Of a DNA stretch of 64,000 nucleotides, positions 56,410 to 64,000 are shown in pieces. Within the stretch, counting starts at the first letter, position 1; each line of letters starts with the position of its first letter. The position numbers and the translations under genes were made by a program. Under the pieces are notes generated by a model, which ran no database searches, had not been told where the DNA came from, and saw only the letters and a program-made list of their open reading frames with translations. This DNA comes from Ranitomeya imitator. Lineage: Eukaryota. Location of the stretch: assembly GCF_032444005.1 (NCBI RefSeq), contig NC_091290.1:90520001-90584000 (forward strand), written 5' to 3'.

Positions 56410-57309
56410 GCAGTGGGAATAAAGGCCTATCATCTCTGGTATTGGGACTTTAACTGAGAATATCTCAGGTTGGGTGGAGAACATTCTGAAACCCTTGGTG
56501 AGGCACACACCCAGCTATATCCAGGACACCACGGATATTCTTTGCAAATTGTCAGCACTGGGCCCACTTCCAGAGGACACTCCACTAGCCACCATGGATG
56601 TAGAGTCTCTCTATTCCAACATTCATCATGAGGATGGAATTGCAGCATGTAAATATTTCCTTCAAAAGAACAATCTAGCCACAGAACCAACACTGCAATT
56701 CATCAGGTTTGTGCTCCATCACAACTATTTTTCTTTTAGGAACAATTTATACCAACAGTGTATGGGCAGCGCCATGGGAAGCAAAATGTCCCCACAATAT
56801 GCTAACTTATTTATGGCGAGGAAGAATTTTTGTCATCTTGTTCTGGTAAACGTTTTGCATACTTCCGCTACATTGATGATCTGCTAATAATATGGACATG
56901 CTCAAAAGATGTTCTACCCACCTTCCACAATAACTTCAACAAGTACCACCCAACCATCAAGCTCTCCCTCAACGTTTCAAAGACCCAAATACATTTTCTG
57001 GACATGACCATATACATCAAGGACAATGCCATACAGACATATATTTACCACATGCCCACCAGACGTCCGGCTTATCTTAGATGGAACAGCTTTCATCCAA
57101 GACACACAAAAAAATCCATCATCTACAGTCAAGCTCTGAGGTATATTCGGATCTGTTCAGACAGCAAAGACAGGGAACTACAGCTGCGATCACTGAGGAA
57201 TACATTCCTACAACAAGGATACCATCCACTGGTAATAGATGAGCAGATCCACAGGGCTACAATGATCCCAAGAAACAGCCTCCTGGATTACAAACTGAGA
57301 GAGGATAAC
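56410..57309 (+). pseudogene. PLE-3 RT core and thumb, plus strand, cut off by an LTR element
   Basis: RPIISGIGTLTENISGWVENILKPLV..PSYIQDT, LATMDVESLYSNI, QCMGSAMGS..SPQYANLFM, FRYIDD, KKSIIYSQALRYIRICS. One frameshift near 56820. Confidence 0.9.
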
Positions 57310-58140
57310 TGTTATGTCCTGGTGGTTAAGAGGCCACACTGATATGACCTGGTGGCTAAAACGCAACATGGAGCGAGCTCTGAGAAGGTGGTATCTCTAC
57401 TGACCGCAGTCCCTAATCCTAACAACAACACTAGAAATAGCCGTGGGATGTTCCTGACTCTCCCTAGACACCTCTTCACAGCCTAAGAAATAACTACCCC
57501 TAAAGAAGGAAATAGAAAGCTATCTTGCCTCAGAGAAAACCCCCAAAAGGAAAGATAGCCCCCCACAAATATTGACTGTGAATGGAGAGGGAAATGACGT
57601 ACACAGAAATGAAATCAGAATTCAGCAAAGGAGGCCAATACTAAACTAGATAGACAGAGAGAAAAGGATACTGTGCGGCCAGTATAAAAACTACAAAATC
57701 CACGCAAAGTTTACAAAAATGAACTCCACACCGACTCACGGTGTGGAGGGGCAAATCTGCTTTCGCAGAGCTTCCAGCTAGCCTGAATAAGACATAGTGA
57801 CAAGCTGGACAAAAAGAGACATATTTGCAAGGCAATAGAGTCCAAACAAATGGACAAACAAAAACTAGCAAAAACTTATCTTTTGCAGACAAGGACTGGC
57901 CATATGAGAATTCCAAGGAGAGAACCAAATCCAACCAAGAACATTGACAGCAGGCATGGACTAAAGCCCAGAGCACGTTTAAATAACAAACCCAGGCAAG
58001 GCGATTAGTGAAGGCAGCTGCTACAGCTACCTAAAGGAGCAGCAGTTCCACTCAAAACCACCAGAGGGAGCACAAGGGCAGAACTCACAAAAATACCATT
58101 AGCAACCACAGGAGGGAGCTCCAGAACGGAATTCACAACA
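57310..58140 (-). repeat. 3' LTR of minus-strand chromovirus E (831 bp)
   Basis: Minus strand TGTTGTG...CATAACA, with the PPT cctcaagggggtttac immediately upstream. Confidence 0.92.
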
Positions 58141-61100
58141 GTAAACCCCCTTGAGGAGGGGTCACCGAACCCTCACCAGAGCTCCCAGGCCGATCAGGAC
58201 GAGCCAAATGGAATGCACGAACCAAATCGGCAGCATGAACATCGGAGGCAACAACCCAAGAATTATCCTCCTGGCCATAACCCTTCCACTTGACCAGATA
58301 CTGAAGCTTCCGCCTCGAAAAACGAGAATTCAAAATCTTCTCCACCACATGTTCCAATTCCTCCTCAACCAACACCGGAGCAGGAGGATCAACGGAGGGA
58401 ACCATAGGTACCACATATCTCTGCAACAAAGATCTATGGAACACATTATGAATGGAAAAGGAAGCTGGAAGGGCCAAACGAAAAGACACTGGATTGATAA
58501 TTTCAGAAATCTTATAAGGCCCAATAAAGCGAGGCTTGAACTTAGGGGAAGAAACCTTCATAGGAACATGACGAGAAGACAACCAGACCAAATCACCAAC
58601 ACGAAGCTGGGGACCAACACACCGACGACGGTTAGCAAAACGCTGAGCCTTTTCCTGAGACAACGTCAAATTGTCCACCACATGAGTCCAAATTTGCTGC
58701 AACCTGTCCACCACGGAATCCACACCAGGACAGTCAGAAGGCTCAAGCTGCCCTGAAGAAAAACGAGGATGAAAACCAAAGTTACAAAAGAAAGGCGAAA
58801 CCAAGGTAGCAGAACTAGCCCGATTATTAAGGGCAAACTCGGCCAACAGCAAAAAGGTCACCCAATCATCCTGATCAGCAGACACAAAGCATCTCAAATA
58901 GGTTTCCAAGGTCTGATTGGTTCGCTCCGTTTGGCCATTTGTCTGAGGATGGAATGCTGAAGAAAAAGACAAATCAATGCCCATTCTAGCACAAAAGGAC
59001 CGCCAAAACCTAGAAACGAACTGGGAACCTCTGTCAGACACAATATTCTCCGGAATACCATGCAAACGAACCACATGCTGAAAAAATAATGGAACCAAAT
59101 CAGAGGAGGAAGGCAACTTAGGCAACGGCACCAAATGGACCATCTTAGAAAACCGGTCACAAACCATCCAGATGACAGACATCTTCTGAGAGACAGGAAG
59201 ATCAGAAATAAAATCCATGGAAATATGCGTCCAGGGCCTCTCAGGAATAGGCAAAGGCAAAAGCAACCCGCTGGCACGGGAACAGCAAGGCTTAGCCCGA
59301 GCACAGGTCCCACAGGACTGCACAAACGAACGCACATCCCGCGACAAGGAAGGCCACCAAAAGGACCTAGCCACCAAATCTCTGGTACCGAAAATCCCAG
59401 GGTGACCAGCCAACACCGAACAATGAACCTCAGAAATTACCCTACTAGTCCATCTATCAGGAACAAACAATTTCTCCACAGGACAGCGGTCAGGTTTATC
59501 AGCCTGAAACTCCTGAAGTACCCGCCGCAAATCACGGGAGATGGCAGAAAGAATCACCCCCTCCTTGAGGATCCCAGGCGGCTCAAGAACTCCCGGAGAA
59601 TCAGGCAAAAAACTCCTAGAAAGGGCATCAGCCTTCACATTCTTAGAACCCGGAATATACGAGACCACAAAATCAAAACATGAGAAAAACAGAGACCACC
59701 GAGCCTATCTAGGATTCTACCGCTTAGCAGACTCGAGGTAAATCAGATTCTTGTGATCAGTCAAGATCACCACGCGATGCTTGGCTCCCTCAAGCCAATG
59801 TCGCCACTCCTCAAATGCCCACTTCATAGCCAACAACTCCCGATTGCCGACATCATAATTATGCTCAGCAGGCGAAAACTTTCTGGAGAAGAAAGCACAC
59901 GGTTTCATCAAAGAGCCATCAGAATTTATCTGAGACAAAACGGTCCCTGCCCCAATCTCAGAAGCATCAACCTCAACCTGAAAAGGGAGAGAAACATCTG
60001 GCTGACGCAACACAGGGGCAGAAGTAAAACGACGTTTAAGCTCCTGAAAGGCCTCAACAGCCGCAGAGGACCAATTCACCACATCAGCGCCCTTCCTCGT
60101 CAAATCGGTCAGAGGCTTCACCACACTAGAAAAATTAGCAATAAAGCGGTGATAAAAATTGGCAAAGCCCAAAAATTTCTGAAGGCTCTTTACAGATGTA
60201 GGTTGAGTCCAATCATGAATGGCCTGGACTTTAACAGGGTCCATTTCAATAGCCGAGTGGGAAAAAATGAAACCCAAAAAAGAAACCTTCTGAACTCCAA
60301 AGAGGCACTTAGACCCCTTCACAAACAACGCATTAGCACGAAGGACCTGAAAAACCATCCTAACCTGCTTTACATGAGACTCCCAATCATCGGAGAAAAC
60401 CAAAATATCATCCAAATACACAATCATGAATTTATCAAGATAATTCCGGAAGATATCATGCATAAAGGACTGAAATACCGATGGAGCATTAGAGAGCCCG
60501 AATGGCATCACAAGATATTCAAAATGGCCTTCGGGCGTATTAAATGCTGTTTTCCATTCATCACCTTGTTTAATACGCACGAGATTATACGCCCCTCGAA
60601 GGTCGATTTTAGTAAACCAACTGGCACCCTTAATCCGAGCAAACAAATCAGAAAGTAAAGGTAAAGGGTGCTGGAATTTGACAGTGATCTTATTGAGAAG
60701 GCGATAATCTATACAGGGTCTCAAGGAGCCATCCTTCTTGGCAACAAAAAAAAATCCCACTCCCAACGGTGACGAAGACGGGCGAATATGCCCCTTCTCC
60801 AAGTACTCCTTTACATAACTCCGCATAGCGGCATGCTCTGGCACAGACAGATTGAAAAGTCGGCCCTTAGGGAACTTACAGCCAGGAATCAAATTAATGG
60901 CACAATCGCAGTCCCTATGAGGAGGCAGAGAACTGGACTTGGGCTCATCAAATACATCCTGGAAATCCGACAAAAACTCAGGAACTTCAGAAGAAGGGGA
61001 CGAGGAAATGGACATCAAAGGAATATCACTATGTATCCCCTGACAACCCCAACCAGTTACAGACATAGATCTCCAATCCAGCACTGGGTTATGTACCTGT

Positions 61101-62200
61101 AACCATGGAAAACCCAGCACAACAACATCATGCAAATTATGCAACACCAAAAAGCGAATATTTTCCTGATGTGCTGGAGCCATGTACATGGTTAACTGAG
61201 TCCAATACTGAGGTTTATTCTTGGCCAATGGCGTAGCATCAATCCCCCTTAAGGAAATAGGACTCTGCAAAGGCTCCAAGAAAAAACCACAGCGCTTGGC
61301 AAATTCAAAGTCCATTAAGTTCAGGGCAGCGCCAGAATCCACAAATGCCATAACAGAGAAGGACGACAATGAGCAAATCAGGGTAACAGACAAGAGAAAT
61401 TTAGGCTGTACAGTACTAATGGTAACAGACCCAAGAACCCTCCTAGTACGCTTAGGGCAATCAGAAATAGCATGAGCAGAATCACCACAGTAAAAACACA
61501 GGCCATTCTGACGTCTGAATTTCTGTCTTTCTGCTCTAGTCAAAATCCTATCACATTGCATAGAGTCAGGACTTTGCTCAGAGGACACTGCCATATGGTG
61601 CACCACCTTGCGCTCACGCAAGCGCCGATCAATCTGAATGGCTAGAGACATAGATTCGCTCAAACCGGTAAGCGTAGGAAAGCCCACCATAACATCTTTA
61701 AGGGTTTCAGAAAGACCTTTTCTGAAAATAGCAGCCAGAGCCTCTTCATTCCACTTAGTGAGCACAGACCATTTTCTAAATTTCTGGCAGTATAACTCTG
61801 CCGCTTCTTGACCCTGACACAGGGCCAACAGTGTTTTCTCAGCATGCTCTACTGAGTTAGGTTCATCATACAACAATCCGAGCGCTTGAAAAAATGCATC
61901 CACACTCAACAATGCCGGATCCCCTGTTTCAAGAGCAAAAGCCCAGTCTTGAGGATCACCACACAGTAAGGATATGATGATTTTTACTTGCTGAATGGGA
62001 TCACCAGAAGAACGGGGTTTCAAAGCAAAAAACAATTTGCAGCTATTTTTAAAGTTCAAAAACTTGGATCTGTCCCAAAAAAACAAATCAGGAGTAGGAA
62101 TTCTAGGCTCTAGAGCCGGAGTCTGGACAATATAATCTTGGATACTCTGGACTCTTGCAGCAAGTTGATCCACACGAGAAAACAAACTCTGAACCTCCAT
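58133..62200 (-). pseudogene. Chromovirus E gag-pol, single frame with two nonsense codons
   Basis: gag (MEVQ..., CFYCGDSAHAISDC), PR (VDSG), RT (YLDD), RH, IN (HCSVLAGHPG..CGTC, D,D35E) and chromodomain. ORFs 59717..62224 and 58133..59668 are in the same frame, separated by TAG...TAG. The 5' LTR is not in the window. Confidence 0.95.
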
Positions 62201-62225
62201 ACCAGAGCATATATCCAGCACCACC

Positions 62226-63019
62226 TGTTGTGAATTCTGTTATCGAACTCCCTCCTGTGGTCATGAATGGTACTTCGGCGAGTTCTGTCCACGGACTCCC
62301 TCTGGTGGCTGGGAGTGGAGCTGCTGCTTCTGAGGTTCCTTCCACAGGTGACGTAGTTTATTCTTTGGCTGGCTGCTCTATTTAACTCCACTCAGATCGT
62401 TACTCCATGCCAGCTGTCAATGTTCTTGTACTGGTTCAGTTCGCTCTTGGATCTTTCTGGTGACCTGTCTACTCCAGCAGAAGCTAAGTCCCTGCTAGTT
62501 AATTATTTGTTCATTGTTTCCTTGTCCAGCTTGCTAGCATGATTTTGCCTTGCTAGCTGGAAGCTCTGGGATGCAGAGTGGCACCTCCGCACCGTGAGTC
62601 GGTGCGGAGGTCTTTTTGCACACTCTGCGTGGTCTTTTTGTAGTTTTTGTGCTGACCGCAAAGATACCTTTCCTATCCTCAGTCTGTTTAGTAAGTCTGG
62701 CCTCCCTTTGCTGAAACCTGTTTCATTTCTGTGTTTGTGACTTTCATCTTAACTCACAGTCAATATATGTGGGGGGCTGCCTTTTCCTTTGGGGAATTTC
62801 TCTGAGGCAAGGTAGGCTTTATTTTCTATCTTTAGGGCTAGTTAACTCTTAGGCTGTGAAGAGGCGTCTAGGCAGAGTTAGGTACGCTCCACGGCAATTT
62901 CTAGTTGTGTGATAAGATTAGCGGTTGCGGTCAGCAGAGCTCCCACTTCCCAGAGCTTGTCCTGTGTCAGTTTAACCATCAGGTCTTTCCGGGTGCTCCT
63001 AACCACCAGGTCCATAACA
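62226..63019 (+). repeat. 5' LTR of chromovirus F (794 bp)
   Basis: TGTTGTG...CATAACA, TATA-like tatttaa at 62379-62385, followed by PBS and gag. Confidence 0.93.
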
Positions 63020-63021
63020 GT

Positions 63022-63031
63022 ACAGCTGGCA
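63022..63031 (+). promoter_or_regulatory. Self-priming PBS of chromovirus F
   Basis: acagctggca is the exact reverse complement of tgccagctgt (62408-62417), 29 nt downstream of the TATA start. Confidence 0.8.
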
Positions 63032-63041
63032 CAAAGTATTA

Positions 63042-64000
63042 ATGCATCTCAATAGAGGGATAAGAGAAGTTCTGAGACCATTTTTTTTTCTCTGCAGTGT
63101 GTTTTGTCTTTCTTTTCCCCTAAACCTCTGGGGGGTTCAGGACACAGGTGTAGATATGGACATTCAAGGTCTGTCCTCTTGTGTGGATCATCTCACTGCA
63201 AGGGTACAAAACATTCAAGATTTTGTGGTTCAGAATCCGATGTTAGAGCCTAGAATTCCAATTCCTGATTTGTTTTCTGGGAATAGATCTAAGTTCCTGA
63301 ATTTCAAAAATAATTTTAAACTATTTCTAGCTTTGAAACCCCGCTCCTCTGGTGACCCCGTTCAACAAGTAAAAATCATTATTTCTTTGTTGCGTGGTGA
63401 CCCTCAAGACTGGGCATTTTCCCTTGCGCCAGGAGATCCTGCATTGCGTGATGTAGATGCGTTTTTTCTGGCGCTTGGATTGCTTTATGATGAACCAAAT
63501 TCAGTGGATCAGGCAGAGAAAATCTTGCTGGCTTTGTGTCAGGGTCAGGATGAAGTGGAGGTGTATTGTTAGAAGTTTAGAAAGTGGTCTGTGCTTACTT
63601 AGTGGAATGAGGGTGCCCTGGCGGCAATTTTCAGAAAGGGTCTTTCTGAAGCCCTTAAGGATGTCATGGTGGGATTTCCCACGCCTGCTGGTCTGAATGA
63701 GTCTATGTCCTTGGCCATTCAGATCGAACGGCGCTTGCGTGAGCGCAAAGCTGTGCACCATTTGGCGGTATTCTCTGAGCATAGGCCTGAGCCTATGCAA
63801 TGTGATAGGACTTTGACCAGAGCTGAACGGCAAGAACACAGACGTCGGAATGGGCTGTGTTTTTACTGTGGTGATTCCACTCATGCTATCTCCGATTGTC
63901 CTAAGCGCGCTAAGCGGTTCGCTAGGTCTGCCACCATTGGTACGGTACAGTCGAAATTTCTTTTGTCCGTTACTCTGATTTGCTCTTTGTCGTCCTATTC
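63042..64000 (+). pseudogene. gag of chromovirus F (continues beyond the window), two TAG stops
   Basis: EPRIPIPDLFSG, ISLLRGDPQDWA, ALCQGQ and a CFYCGDSTHAISDC zinc knuckle. TAG at ~63570 and ~63600. Confidence 0.92.

Noticed and set aside
58151-61475. Plus-strand ORFs of 100-300 aa opposite gag-pol
   Set aside because: They are antisense shadows of the retroelement coding frame with no independent motifs.

Overview
Eukaryotic, almost entirely repeat-derived window. The element families suggest an amphibian (probably frog) genome; this is an inference, not a database result. I found no host protein-coding gene, RNA gene or CRISPR array. The window is a set of nested transposons: (1) several Ty3/gypsy LTR retrotransposons, mostly chromodomain-bearing Tf1/sushi-type chromoviruses, plus solo LTRs; (2) one apparently intact 5,804-bp PIF/Harbinger transposon with 40-bp TIRs, a TAA TSD, a spliced 410-aa transposase and a convergent five-coding-exon 708-aa MADF gene; (3) head-to-tail non-autonomous Helitrons; (4) a defective Tc1 element and a second Tc1 end; (5) three Penelope-like elements (PLEs) plus a short PLE pLTR insertion; (6) a CR1-type LINE fragment; (7) a ~10-kb piggyBac-like element carrying TTAGGG-variant repeats and a ~389-bp array; (8) a hAT-like element and many Harbinger MITEs. 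The best leads are: five hammerhead-ribozyme-like motifs in PLE pseudo-LTRs (one U4G variant wrapped in a competing 14-bp hairpin, and one at the edge of a 516-bp insertion with a 44-bp duplication); 5'-inverted, twin-priming-like geometry in all three PLEs; co-varying self-priming PBS/R-region 10-mers in chromovirus LTRs; an internally deleted chromovirus that fuses the gag leader in frame to integrase; and the intact Harbinger. Most of these have precedent in other organisms. What may be new is the specific variants and their combination. All alignments and folds were done by eye.
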